This document shows positions 28,618 through 38,201 of a stretch of 64,000 nucleotides of DNA, in pieces; position 1 is the stretch's first letter; each line of letters opens with the position of its first letter. The notes beneath the pieces are model-generated. The model was not told where the DNA came from and searched no databases. It saw only the letters and a list, made by a program, of their open reading frames with translations. Origin of the DNA: Candidatus Rokuibacteriota bacterium (lineage in GTDB: Bacteria; Methylomirabilota; Methylomirabilia; Rokubacteriales; DASRDR01). The DNA lies in the NCBI GenBank assembly GCA_044867785.1, contig JBIOVM010000175.1:9091-73090 (forward strand). Direction: 5' to 3'. The position numbers and the translations under genes are program-made.

Positions 28618-29142
28618 CTACGTCCCGCAGACGATGCGCGCCAGGGAATCGGCCAGCCCGTCGGCGATCTTGTCGAGCGCAGGGCCCGGGAGGTTGCCGA
28701 TCGGGTGGTCGCAGTCGAGGAATGCGTAGTCCGGCGCGCCCCAGCTCGCGGCCATCGCCTGCGCCGTCCTGCGGAACGGCGTGGTGACGATCGCGACGGC
28801 CGGCACGCCCTGCTGCTCCATCAGGATGGCGTCGAGCACACTGCTCGACGAGCACGACCCTCAGTCGCCGACGCCGGAGATCACCAGATCGGCATCGCGC
28901 TTCAGCGCGGCGATCGCCTTGGCGTCGACCTCGTGGCTCGGGGAGCGCTTGACGTCCCGCATGGTCACTCGTGTCCCATGCTTGGCGCCCAGCCGGTCGG
29001 CGATCTTCTCCAGGATGAGCCCGGCGTTCACCTTGCGGTTGTCCACCAGGCCGAGGCGCACCCCGCAGAGGCTCGCCGGACGCGGCGCTAGCCGCAGGGT
29101 CGAGGGCCCCGTGGGCTTGCTCGTCGGATCGAAGAGCTTCAT
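28618..29142 (-). CDS. UGSC-family selenoprotein (Sec at UGA 28861-28863)
   Basis: Track ORFs 28861..29184 and 28618..28839 share a frame and are separated by one TGA in GVGD-U-GSC. A hairpin follows the UGA; ATGA coupling to the upstream gene. Confidence 0.88.
28830..28850 (-). promoter_or_regulatory. Bacterial SECIS-like hairpin
   Basis: CGUCGAGCA-GUG-UGCUCGACG: perfect 9-bp stem starting at nt 11 after UGA, with GU in the loop. Confidence 0.75.
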
Positions 29143-30167
29143 GGGCCACCCCCTCGGATGCGGGTCGTGATGCTGCGCGTCCACTTGTTGCCCCAGCCGG
29201 GAAGGACCGCGGACCAGCTCCCGGCCCCGCCGGCGCAGACGATCAGGAGATCGTCCGGGGACGCGAAGCCGTAGCGCCAGGTCGCGTCGTCATTCGCCGT
29301 GATCTCGCCCGGCAGCCGCGCCGCTCGCTTCAGGTCGCCGACCCGGCGCCGGCAGTTCTCCACGAGGAACGTCTGGACGTCCCGACGGCTCCACCCGTTG
29401 GCGCGCATGACGTCGGCGTGCTCGAAGCCCATCACGACGAGGCTCTGGTTGAAGCCGTAGACATTCGGCGAGCCGAGGTTGTAGAGGGCATCGGCGTAGC
29501 ACAGGAGGATGGCCTCTGGCGTGGCCGCGAGCTGATTGTAGACCTGACAGAGGCTGTTCGACGCGTAGAGCGTGAGCGTGCTCTCGTGGGCCTGGAAGCC
29601 GCGACTGACGTGGAACGGCTCCCACGGCGTGTCCTCGCGCTCGGCGAAGCAGAACGAGTACTTGCCGGGAGTGCCGAGCGTGGCCCGGTCGAGGTATCCC
29701 GGCCGGGTGTTGAGCGCGTTCATCATGATGAGCCGCACCGCACGACCGATGGTCGCGTTCGCGCGATGGCCCTGGCCGAATGCGTTGTGGCCGCTGTTGA
29801 TGTCGAGCTCTCGAGCGATCGGGCCGTTGATGATGAGCACCATCGCCGAGCCGCCGGTGCTGCTGGCGGGACCGTGATAGGCGAACTCCGGCTGGCAGAG
29901 GCTCTTCACCGCCGCGACCACGACCGGCGCGTACTCGGGCCTGCAGCCGGCCATGACGGCGTTGATCGCCAGGCTTTCGGCGGTCACCACGGCGTTGCGC
30001 CCGGGAACCTCGCCGATGACTTCATCGCCCGGCGCCCCGGTGGCCTTCAGCATCTCCGCGAGGGTCGCGTCGCTGGGCGGGACGACGGGAAGCCCATCCG
30101 TCCATCCGGCGGCGTAGTAGGCCTCGATCAGGGCGGCGGGATCGGCGGCGCCGTCCGTCACGTCCAT
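29139..30167 (-). CDS. UGSC-associated uncharacterised protein
   Basis: GWTDGLPVVPP, AINAVMAGCRPEY, NGPI, RANATIGRAVRL, CFAE motifs; I recognise this family as adjacent or fused to UGSC domains. Confidence 0.85.
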   Translation of the reverse strand: MDVTDGAADPAALIEAYYAAGWTDGLPVVPPSDATLAEMLKATGAPGDEVIGEVPGRNAVVTAESLAINAVMAGCRPEYAPVVVAAVKSLCQPEFAYHGPASSTGGSAMVLIINGPIARELDINSGHNAFGQGHRANATIGRAVRLIMMNALNTRPGYLDRATLGTPGKYSFCFAEREDTPWEPFHVSRGFQAHESTLTLYASNSLCQVYNQLAATPEAILLCYADALYNLGSPNVYGFNQSLVVMGFEHADVMRANGWSRRDVQTFLVENCRRRVGDLKRAARLPGEITANDDATWRYGFASPDDLLIVCAGGAGSWSAVLPGWGNKWTRSITTRIRGGGP

Positions 30168-30492
30168 GCCGTCAACCTCGCGGAAGGCGGTCGCGCGACC
30201 GAGTCCTCAGGGGTCGACGGTCCGACCCGTGCGCGGTGACGAGCGCGATCGCCATCGTCTGCGCCATCATCGCCATCGCGAGTCGCTCGCCCGCTCTGGA
30301 AGCCGGGCGCTGCCGCGCCCGACGAGCGCGCGCGAGCGGGCCGGTCGGAGCGGGGCGCGTCACCGGATCGGCGACGGCCCACACGCCCGAGTCCTCCGCC
30401 ACGGCGTCGGTCCCCTCGAGCAAGGGCCGGCGGCGCGCGACTCGGCACACGATCGACAGCGGCGCCTCACGGGTCGGGGCGAGCCCCGCGCG

Positions 30493-30783
30493 TCAGCGGG
30501 CCGAGGCCCGGGGCGCGGCCGGGCGGATCCCGTAGAGGTATCGCACGCCGTCCGCCTCCGTGTGCTCCGCGTGCACGGTGCCGGCGGGGACGATCCACGA
30601 CTCGCCCGGTCCATACGTGACCCGGTCCTGGCCGAGAGCGAGAGTGAAGTGTCCGTCCAGGACGAACAGGCGCGTATCGTGGTCGTGGGCGTGCAGCTGG
30701 CGGTGCGTGTGGGGCTGGATCTCGCCTTCGTGGATCTCGTAGCCTTCCCGTCGAAGATCGGCCTCGAACTCGGCTCGGGTCAT
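30493..30783 (-). CDS. Cupin domain protein
   Basis: HAHDHD..VLDG...PGESWIVPAGTVHAE; AGGAGG RBS. Confidence 0.88.
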   Translation of the reverse strand: MTRAEFEADLRREGYEIHEGEIQPHTHRQLHAHDHDTRLFVLDGHFTLALGQDRVTYGPGESWIVPAGTVHAEHTEADGVRYLYGIRPAAPRASAR

Positions 30784-30792
30784 GGCGTCCTC

Positions 30793-32835
30793 CTAGCGCG
30801 CGGTGTGGGTGTACGCGGCGACCTCCACGCGCGCGTCGTTGTAACACGCGCCGTGGGAGATGTCGGCCTTGTGGGTGGGCGCGAGGGCGCTCACCGTCTG
30901 GCCGTTGTCGCTGGTGCGCATCCACGCGCCCTTGAGCGAGCAGACCACGCCGCGGCAAATGGCGTCGGTCACGCGCAAGGGCAGGTGGACCTCGCCGAGG
31001 TCGTTCCACACCTTGACCAGCGTGCCGTCGGACAGGCCGCGGGCGCGTGCGTCGTCGGGGTGCATCTCGAGCGGCGGGGTGGCGTCGCTGCCCGACTGGC
31101 CGCCGAAGGTCGAGGTCGTGCGCTGGTCCGAGGCCGGCGTGATCAGGACCAGGGGGTAGGGCGACGCCACCGGCCGGTAGCTCGGCAGCCGCGCACGGTA
31201 CTTGCCCTCGAGATAGGGCGAGGCCAGCTCCACCTTGCCCGAGGCGGTCTTCGGCCGGACGTTGCGGAACATGATCGCGTCTTCCCCCGCGATGGTCATC
31301 AAGAGCGCGCGATCCAGGGGCAGCGCGCTCGGGCGCACGCCGCCCAGGCGGGGGTCGGCGGGATCGACGGCGTCGTCCATCAGCTCGTGATCGGAGGCGC
31401 CGAAGCAGGGGTCGTCGAAGCCGAAGCGCGCGGCCAGGCGGCGGAAGATCTCGCTGTTGGGCAACGACTCGCCCACCGGCGGGATCACCGGCGCCGCCCG
31501 CTGCAGCCAGTGCGCGCCGTAGGCGGCGTACAGGTCGTCGTACTCGAAGTGGCTGCAGGCGGGCAGCACGACGTCGGCGTAGGCCAGGCTGTCCGTCATC
31601 ACCACGTCGATGCCCACGGTGAACAGGTCCGGCTGGGCCAGGCCGCGCCGCATCAGGTTCTGGTCGGGGTGCACGACCAGCGGGTTGTGGTTGTAGACGA
31701 ACAGCGCGCGGATCGGCGGCGACAGGGCGGGGTCCAGCAGGTGGCGCCCCACATCGATGATGTTGAGGGTGCGCGTGCCCGCCGGGACGAAGTCGGGTCG
31801 GGCCAGCTTGGCCGGTGTCTTGACGAAGACATGGCCCGCGCCGTTGACCAGGCCGCCGCCGGGCACGCCCCACTTGCCGGCCAGCGCCGGCAGCGCGAAG
31901 ACCGCGCGCACGCCGCTGCCGCCGTTCTGGTTGCGCTCGAGCCCGTTGCCGACCGCGATCGCCGCGGGCGAGATCGTGTGGTACCACTCGGCGAGCTGGA
32001 GGATCCGCGCTTCCGGCACCGCGCACTCTCGGGCCGCCGCGGCCACCGTCCAGCGCCGCGCCTCCGTCATGAAGTCTTCGAAGCCGGCCACGTGCTCGGC
32101 GATGAAGGCGCGGTCGAGACCGCCGCGGCGCTCGAGCTCCGCGGCCAGCGCCCAGGCCAGCACCACGTCGGTGCCCGGGCGCAGCGCGACGTGCAGGTCG
32201 CACTGCTCGGCGATCTTGGTGCGCTTGGGGTCGACCACCACCACCTTGGCCCCGCGCCGCCTGGCCTCGTTGACCACCGGGACCTGGTGCAGGTTCGACC
32301 ACGTCAGGTTGTTGCCCCACGCGATGAACAGCCTGGAATGCACGACCTGCTCCGGGCGGATCCCCGGCGCCGCGCCGTACGTGCCCATCCAGGCCTCGGA
32401 GCGGATGCCGCCGCAGAGCGGGCGCCGGTCGAGCAGGCTCGCGCCGAGCCGGTGAAAGAAGCGCAGGTCCATGGACCCGCCGGCGACGAAGCCGTGCGGG
32501 CCGCCGTAGTTCAGCGGGAGCACGGACTGCGGGCCGTGCTCGGCGATGGCGAGGCTCACGCGGTCGTGGATCCGGTCGAGCGCCTCGGCCCAGGAGATTC
32601 GCTGGAAGCGGCCCTCGCCCTTCGCACCCACGCGCCGCAGGGGCGTGGTGAGTCGCCCCGGCCCGTGCACGAAGTCGGGGTAGTGGTTCTGCACCTTGGC
32701 GCAGATCACCCCCGCCGTGTAGGGATTCGCCTTCGAGCCGCGGATCTTGACGATCTTCGCGGCCTCCACCGTGACGGTGAGGCTGCAGGTGTCGGGGCAA
32801 TCCAGGGGACAGACGCTCGCGCGCTCGACGCTCAT
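30793..32835 (-). CDS. Molybdopterin-dependent oxidoreductase
   Basis: CPLDCPDTC..ICAK Fe-S motif, LRPGTD, ADVVLPA, MHPDDARARGL; AAGGAG RBS. Confidence 0.92.
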   Translation of the reverse strand: MSVERASVCPLDCPDTCSLTVTVEAAKIVKIRGSKANPYTAGVICAKVQNHYPDFVHGPGRLTTPLRRVGAKGEGRFQRISWAEALDRIHDRVSLAIAEHGPQSVLPLNYGGPHGFVAGGSMDLRFFHRLGASLLDRRPLCGGIRSEAWMGTYGAAPGIRPEQVVHSRLFIAWGNNLTWSNLHQVPVVNEARRRGAKVVVVDPKRTKIAEQCDLHVALRPGTDVVLAWALAAELERRGGLDRAFIAEHVAGFEDFMTEARRWTVAAAARECAVPEARILQLAEWYHTISPAAIAVGNGLERNQNGGSGVRAVFALPALAGKWGVPGGGLVNGAGHVFVKTPAKLARPDFVPAGTRTLNIIDVGRHLLDPALSPPIRALFVYNHNPLVVHPDQNLMRRGLAQPDLFTVGIDVVMTDSLAYADVVLPACSHFEYDDLYAAYGAHWLQRAAPVIPPVGESLPNSEIFRRLAARFGFDDPCFGASDHELMDDAVDPADPRLGGVRPSALPLDRALLMTIAGEDAIMFRNVRPKTASGKVELASPYLEGKYRARLPSYRPVASPYPLVLITPASDQRTTSTFGGQSGSDATPPLEMHPDDARARGLSDGTLVKVWNDLGEVHLPLRVTDAICRGVVCSLKGAWMRTSDNGQTVSALAPTHKADISHGACYNDARVEVAAYTHTAR

Positions 32836-33226
32836 GGGCGGGCTCCTTCGGCTCGATCTGGGCCGTCGCCTCACTGTAGGTCGAGGCCCCTATGCGGGAC
32901 AATGGCCAAGCCGGCGCCGCGGCGCTCGGCCATTCGCCGGCGCCGGGTCGGGACAGCTGATCGAGCCCGGGGACGGCGAGGAGGGCCGCGCCCAGGCACG
33001 GGAAGCTCGCCGGGGGACCGGCCCGCCCGGGTAGTCGTCCCGCAAGGCAGCGCGACGCGGCACGCCGGCTCGACAAGCTGTCCACGCCGTCGCCGCACCG
33101 CCGCCGGCCGAAACCATTTGCGCCGCCCGGCGGTTCTCGTAGTGAGCAGCGCACCCGACGTCCCTCGTGCGCCTCTACGTTGAGTCGCGATTCCGAGCCA
33201 CTCCTTCACCATCGGGAGGACTCCCC

Positions 33227-34648
33227 ATGCGCTTCTTGAAAGTGGCCCTGATCGGGCTGGGCCTCGGCGCGACCCTCGCGCTGGCCCCCGACGCACGGGC
33301 TGACCTGAACGCCGTCGCCCAGGCCATGGGGGCGGACCGGCTCGACAGCATCCAGGTGTCCGGCGCGGGCTATGCCTACGCGGTCGGCCAGGCATACCAG
33401 CCGGGCGAGGCCTGGCCCAAGCTGAACCTCCCGCGGTACACGCGCGTCGACGACTACGCCAAGGCGGCCTACAGCTTCGACTACGCCTTGAGCCGGGCCG
33501 AGGTGCGAGGCGGCGGCGCGATCCCTCAAATCGGCGAGGTGCGGCGCACCGGCGGCGTCGCCGGCGACCGGGGGTGGAACGTCGTGTACCCGCAAGGGAC
33601 GGCCGCCCAGGCGGGCGCGGCCGCCTTCCAGCACGACCTCTGGGTGAGCCCCCACGGCGTCGTCAAGGCGGCGCTGGCGGACCAGGCCGTCATGAGCGGC
33701 TCGACGTTCGAGATCGTGCGCGCGGGTCGCTTCCGGGCGCGGGCCCTCGTCAACAGCCAGAACCTGGTCGAGAAGGTCGAGTCCTGGATCGACAACCCGG
33801 TGCTGGGCGACATGGCCGTCGTCACGACCTATGCCGACTATCGCGACCACGGGGGCGTGAAGTTCCCCGCCCGCATCACGCAGGCCATGGGCGGCTATCC
33901 GGTGCTCGAGCTGAACGTGGCCGAGGTCAAGGTCAACGCGGGGAGCGTCGTCGCGCCGCCGTCCATCGCCCCGGCCGTGGTCGAGGTGAAGGTGGACAAG
34001 GCCGCGGAGGGGGTGTGGTTCGTCCACGGGGGCTCGCATCACAGCGTCGCCGTCGAGATGCGCGACCACGTCGTCGTGATCGAGGCGCCGCTGGGGGACG
34101 CCCGGGCCAACGCCGCGCTGGACGCGGTGCGGAAGACCGTTCCCGGCAAGCCCATCCGCTACGTCGTTCCCACGCACCATCACTTCGATCACTCCGGCGG
34201 ATTGCGGGCGGCTGCGGCCGCCGACGCCGTCCTCGTCGTGCCCGAGGGGAGCCGGGCCTTCTACGAGAAGGCCTACGCTGCGCCGCGGACGCTCAACCCC
34301 GACACGCTGGCCAAGGCCGGGAAGCCGGCGAAGTTCGAGACGTACCGGGACAAGCACGTGCTCAGCGACGGGTCCCGGACGATCGAGCTCCACACGCTCC
34401 GGGAGAACGTTCACGCCGAGGGTTTCGTCGTCGGCTACCTGCCGGCGGAGAAGATCCTGATCGTGGCCGACGCGTTCAGCCCGCGGGCCCCGGTGACGCA
34501 GACGCCGGCGAACATCAATCCGGCCACGAAGAACCTGTGGGAGAACATCGAGCGGCTCAAGCTCGACGTCCAGACGGTCCTCCCGATCCACGGCAGGATG
34601 GTGAAGGTCGACGAGCTGAGGCTCGAGGCCGGCGCCGCCCGCCCCTGA
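33227..34648 (+). CDS. Exported MBL-fold metallo-hydrolase
   Basis: Signal peptide, THHHFDHSGG, HAEG, ADAF, PIHG; GGAGG RBS. Confidence 0.9.
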   Translation: MRFLKVALIGLGLGATLALAPDARADLNAVAQAMGADRLDSIQVSGAGYAYAVGQAYQPGEAWPKLNLPRYTRVDDYAKAAYSFDYALSRAEVRGGGAIPQIGEVRRTGGVAGDRGWNVVYPQGTAAQAGAAAFQHDLWVSPHGVVKAALADQAVMSGSTFEIVRAGRFRARALVNSQNLVEKVESWIDNPVLGDMAVVTTYADYRDHGGVKFPARITQAMGGYPVLELNVAEVKVNAGSVVAPPSIAPAVVEVKVDKAAEGVWFVHGGSHHSVAVEMRDHVVVIEAPLGDARANAALDAVRKTVPGKPIRYVVPTHHHFDHSGGLRAAAAADAVLVVPEGSRAFYEKAYAAPRTLNPDTLAKAGKPAKFETYRDKHVLSDGSRTIELHTLRENVHAEGFVVGYLPAEKILIVADAFSPRAPVTQTPANINPATKNLWENIERLKLDVQTVLPIHGRMVKVDELRLEAGAARP

Positions 34649-34668
34649 TCCGGCCGGGCTCGAGGGAC

Positions 34669-34704
34669 GGGAGGGCGGGACCCACGACCCGCCCTTCCAT
34701 TTTC
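34669..34704 (+). terminator. Probable intrinsic terminator
   Basis: ggagggcggg-acccacga-cccgcccttcc hairpin followed by atttt, just after the MBL stop. Confidence 0.5.
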
Positions 34705-34784
34705 GGAGGGCCCTCCCAGCGGTCGAGCAGGGGACCGTGAGGCCGCCGGCCGATCACCCCGACCGATAGTCGATCGAGCCCAGC

Positions 34785-35501
34785 CTACGAGGGGTTCGAC
34801 GCGACGCCTTGCCCGGGCCGACGAGGATCCGCCGTTCGACGTTCGCCGGAAAGCCGGGCGATGAGCTCCAGGGGATCGTCCCAGTTCTCCTGGAAATAGG
34901 GCGAGTCGCGCTGGTCGCCGGGCCCATAGATGTGATTCCAGCGAGGGCTGACGCGGCCGCGGAAATACCGGACCTCCAGGTGCAGATGGCAGCCGGTCGC
35001 GCGACCGGTGGCGCCCACCCGGCCCAGCGCGTCACCGCGGGCGACGCGCTCGCCCGGCTCCGGGGGCGATTGAAGATGGAGATAGAGCGAGTAGAAGACG
35101 CGCCCCGTGATCCAGGTGGGATGCTCGACGATGGCCATGTAACCCAAGCTGCGGAAGTCCGGATCCGAGCGTGATCGGATGCGGTCGACGATGCGGCCTT
35201 CCTCCAGCGCTCGGATCGGCGTCCCGCACGGCGCCACGATGTCGACGCCGGCGTGGGTCCGATTGCCGCGGGACGGGTAGGTCCCGTGTCGGTACTCACC
35301 CGGTCGACCACCGGGCACGATCTCGATCGCCGCCCGGTCGGTCCGCATTCCGTCCGGCCTCGAAGGCTGCGATCCGCCGCCCGCGTCACCGGGCCCGAGC
35401 GCCGAGAGGTGCAGCGCCGCCAGCGCGGCGATGGTCGTGAACGCCGATCGCCACTCTCGCCGTCCTCGAGCCGAAGTCCCACCCATCTCCGGGATGCTCA
35501 T
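34785..35501 (-). CDS. M23 family metallopeptidase
   Basis: HAGVD (HxxxD), SLYLHL, GATGRATGCHLHLEV (HxH). Confidence 0.88.
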   Translation of the reverse strand: MSIPEMGGTSARGRREWRSAFTTIAALAALHLSALGPGDAGGGSQPSRPDGMRTDRAAIEIVPGGRPGEYRHGTYPSRGNRTHAGVDIVAPCGTPIRALEEGRIVDRIRSRSDPDFRSLGYMAIVEHPTWITGRVFYSLYLHLQSPPEPGERVARGDALGRVGATGRATGCHLHLEVRYFRGRVSPRWNHIYGPGDQRDSPYFQENWDDPLELIARLSGERRTADPRRPGQGVASNPS

Positions 35502-35630
35502 CGAGCCGTCATTCTCCTTGTCAGAGCCGCCATTTCTCTCGTTGTGACCGAGCTCCTAGGAATGGCCAACCTGGCGTCCCGATGACACGGTGACCGGCCA
35601 CTCCCGATTCGAGCGCTGAGCCACCCCGCC

Positions 35631-35891
35631 CTAGGCGAGGGGCCGGGATCGTCCCACGATGGCGCGATAGATCGCAAGGAGCACGATCGCTCCGATCACC
35701 GCCATCACGAAGCCAGCGGGCTCCCCCTCGGCGTACCAGCCCGCCAGGCGCCCCAGGAAGCCCCCAATCAGAGCGCCCACGACGCCGATGACGATGGTCC
35801 CGATCATGCCGGCCGGATCACGCCCTGGCATCAGGAACCGAGCCACGACTCCGACGACGAGGCCAAACAGGATCCACGCGAGTATCCACAT
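35631..35891 (-). CDS. GlsB/YeaQ/YmgE family stress membrane protein
   Basis: MWILAWILFGLVVGVVARFLMPGRDP..GVVGALIGG..AVIGAIVLL; GGAGG RBS. Confidence 0.93.
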   Translation of the reverse strand: MWILAWILFGLVVGVVARFLMPGRDPAGMIGTIVIGVVGALIGGFLGRLAGWYAEGEPAGFVMAVIGAIVLLAIYRAIVGRSRPLA

Positions 35892-35930
35892 GGGTTTCCG
35901 CCTCCCTCCAATGAACCTAGGCTTACGCGG

Positions 35931-35946
35931 AGCAAGGGTGGTGCCA
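35931..35946 (-). promoter_or_regulatory. sigma54 promoter for the GlsB-like gene
   Basis: TGGCACCACCCTTGCT on the minus strand, 40 nt upstream of the ATG. Confidence 0.7.
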
Positions 35947-36258
35947 CCGAGGGTTCCGTCGGCGGACGCTTGGCCGGATTGAGCCTGACAGCGATCGCCA
36001 CGGTGCCCGGAGACACGGACGGCACGAGCGCTCACGTTCGCGGCCTTACGTTCGTCGTCCGCCACCAGCACGGGGCGGCGCCGAAAAAGGGGATCCCACC
36101 GGTCGAATCGGCCGGTCCGCCGGGCGCCGTGCGGCCCTCGGGCACCCTCGACGTCACGACGACGGTCGGCGCGGCACTGACCGGAGCGCAGGTCCTCGAG
36201 GTGCGCCCGGGGAAGTCTGCAATTCCGTTCGCGATTCAAGCGGGACAGCCCCGCCGCG

Positions 36259-36274
36259 TGGCACTGTCGTTGCA
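36259..36274 (+). promoter_or_regulatory. sigma54 promoter for opgH
   Basis: TGGCACTGTCGTTGCA, 17 nt upstream of ATG 36292. Confidence 0.7.
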
Positions 36275-36291
36275 ACCGGCACACTGGCGCC

Positions 36292-38160
36292 ATGAGCGTG
36301 TTGCAGTGCGACGGCCGAGCATCCGAAACCCGACAGGCTGACTCGTCGCGGGTGTCCGGGCGCGCCCCGGCGGCGCCGAATTCGGGCGAGCGCGCGGGGT
36401 GGCTCGCCTTCCTGGTCCTCACGATCACCTTCGGCGGCACGATCCTGTTCGGACGCATCGTCACCGCGCGTGGCGTGACGCTCGTCGACTTGATCGCCGT
36501 CGCCCTGTTCGCACTCCTGTTCGGCCACCTCGCGTGCACCTTCCTGCTCGCGATGGCGGGGTTCGTGCGAGCACGGCGGGGTCGCGTGAGCGATCGGCGG
36601 CACGCGATCCCGTCCACGCGGCCCGACGCGAGATCCCGGACGGCGGTGGTCATCGTGGTTCGACACGAAGAGATCCCGCGCGTCGAGGCGGGCGTTCGCG
36701 TGACATTCGAAACGCTCGCCGAGAGCGGCCCGCTCGACCCTTACACCCTCTTCGTTCTGAGCGACTCCACCGATCCGGACATCGCCCGGGCGGAGGAGCA
36801 CGCCGTCCGCGCGCTGATCCGCCAACTCGGGGCGGTGGGACGCATCGTCTACCGGCGCCGGGCGACGAACGAGGGCCGCAAGAGCGGAAACCTGGCCGAT
36901 TTCTGCGCGCGCTGGGGGGCCCAGTTCGACTACATGGTGGTGCTGGACGCCGACAGTCTCTTGGACGGGCGGACGATCCGCGAGCTGGTCCGGCGGATGG
37001 ACGCCGCGCCGCGCATCGGCATCCTGCAAGTGCCGGCGCGCCCGGTCAACCGGGAATCGCTGTTCGGCCGCATCCAGCAGTTCGCGGCGGAAGTGTACGG
37101 GCCGCTGGTGATCGGAGGGCTCGACTTCTGGCTCGGCAAGGCGGCGCCGTACCGGGGGCACAACGCGATCGTGCGGCTCGTCCCGTTCATGCGCCACTGC
37201 CGGCTGCCTCGCCTCCCCGGCCGGGCGCCGTGGGGGGGCGAGATCCTGAGCCATGACTTCGTGGAGGGCGCCTTGATGCGGCGGGCGGGGTGGGAGGTGC
37301 GCTTGGCCACCGACCTCGGCGGGAGCTACGAGGAGGTCCCCGCGAACGTGATCGCGCATGCCGCGCGCGACCGCCGGTGGTGCCAGGGCAACCTCCAGCA
37401 CTTGCGGCTCGTCGGCCTGCCGGGGCTCACCATGGCGAGCCGACTGACCTTCGTGGTGGGCGCGCTGGCCTACCTGTGCGCGCCGGCCTGGGCGCTGTTG
37501 GTTCTCATCCTCTCGCTGCGAGTCGGGCCCTCCTCGGGGACGACGCTCGAATTCGAGCCCATCCGATCGGATTGGCTTCTCCAGGTCCTGCTCGTGGCGA
37601 CGGTCCTGTCGTTTCTGTTCGTGCCGAAGATCCTCGCGCTCGTGAGCCTCGCCGGCCGGCCCGGACGGATCCGGTCACTGGGAGGGATCCGGGCCGTCGT
37701 GGTCAGCGTCATCGGGGAGAGCGTGTTCACGGTGCTCTTCACGCCCATCCAGCTGATCTTCCACACGCAGTTCGTGCTGGGGATCCTTCTGGGTCGCTCG
37801 GTGGAGTGGACGGCTCAGACACGGCGCGACGCCAAGACCAGCTTGACGGACGCGATCAGGGTGCATGGGAGCCACACCGCACTCGCCGTGCTGGTCGGCG
37901 TGATCGCGTACGCGGCGGATCCGATCCTGTGCCTGTGGCTCGGGCCCGCCATCGCGGGTCTCGGGCTGTCCATTCCGATCTCGATGCTGAGCAGCCATCG
38001 CCGATGGGGCCAGCGCGCGCGACGGCTGGGGTTCTTCCAGATCTCGGAGGAGATCGCGCCGCCTCGGCTGCTGCGCGCCTTGACCGCGAGGGGGGCGGCC
38101 CGCGCGATGATGGGCGAGCCCGACGCGTTCGACCTGTCGGAAGGGCGCCTGACGGCCTGA
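36292..38160 (+). CDS. opgH: Periplasmic glucan biosynthesis glucosyltransferase
   Basis: LSDSTDP, YRRR..NEGRKSGNL, VLDADS, GHNAIVR, ILSHDFVEG, RDRRWCQGNLQH. Confidence 0.93.
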   Translation: MSVLQCDGRASETRQADSSRVSGRAPAAPNSGERAGWLAFLVLTITFGGTILFGRIVTARGVTLVDLIAVALFALLFGHLACTFLLAMAGFVRARRGRVSDRRHAIPSTRPDARSRTAVVIVVRHEEIPRVEAGVRVTFETLAESGPLDPYTLFVLSDSTDPDIARAEEHAVRALIRQLGAVGRIVYRRRATNEGRKSGNLADFCARWGAQFDYMVVLDADSLLDGRTIRELVRRMDAAPRIGILQVPARPVNRESLFGRIQQFAAEVYGPLVIGGLDFWLGKAAPYRGHNAIVRLVPFMRHCRLPRLPGRAPWGGEILSHDFVEGALMRRAGWEVRLATDLGGSYEEVPANVIAHAARDRRWCQGNLQHLRLVGLPGLTMASRLTFVVGALAYLCAPAWALLVLILSLRVGPSSGTTLEFEPIRSDWLLQVLLVATVLSFLFVPKILALVSLAGRPGRIRSLGGIRAVVVSVIGESVFTVLFTPIQLIFHTQFVLGILLGRSVEWTAQTRRDAKTSLTDAIRVHGSHTALAVLVGVIAYAADPILCLWLGPAIAGLGLSIPISMLSSHRRWGQRARRLGFFQISEEIAPPRLLRALTARGAARAMMGEPDAFDLSEGRLTA

Positions 38161-38201
38161 GACGTCCCGCGCGGACGGCGCGCTCCCGGAGAGGCCGAGC
38201 G

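Noticed and set aside
30172-30480. Short ORFs between the cupin and the UGSC partner
   Set aside because: No RBS, motif or consistent codon bias.
30166-33183. 1005-aa (+) and 895-aa (-) ORFs
   Set aside because: Shadow or alternate frames of the Mo-oxidoreductase and cupin genes; Arg/Pro/Gly-rich junk composition.
35970-36341. 123-aa ORF as an opgG remnant
   Set aside because: No convincing OpgG motif; it overlaps the sigma54 promoter region.
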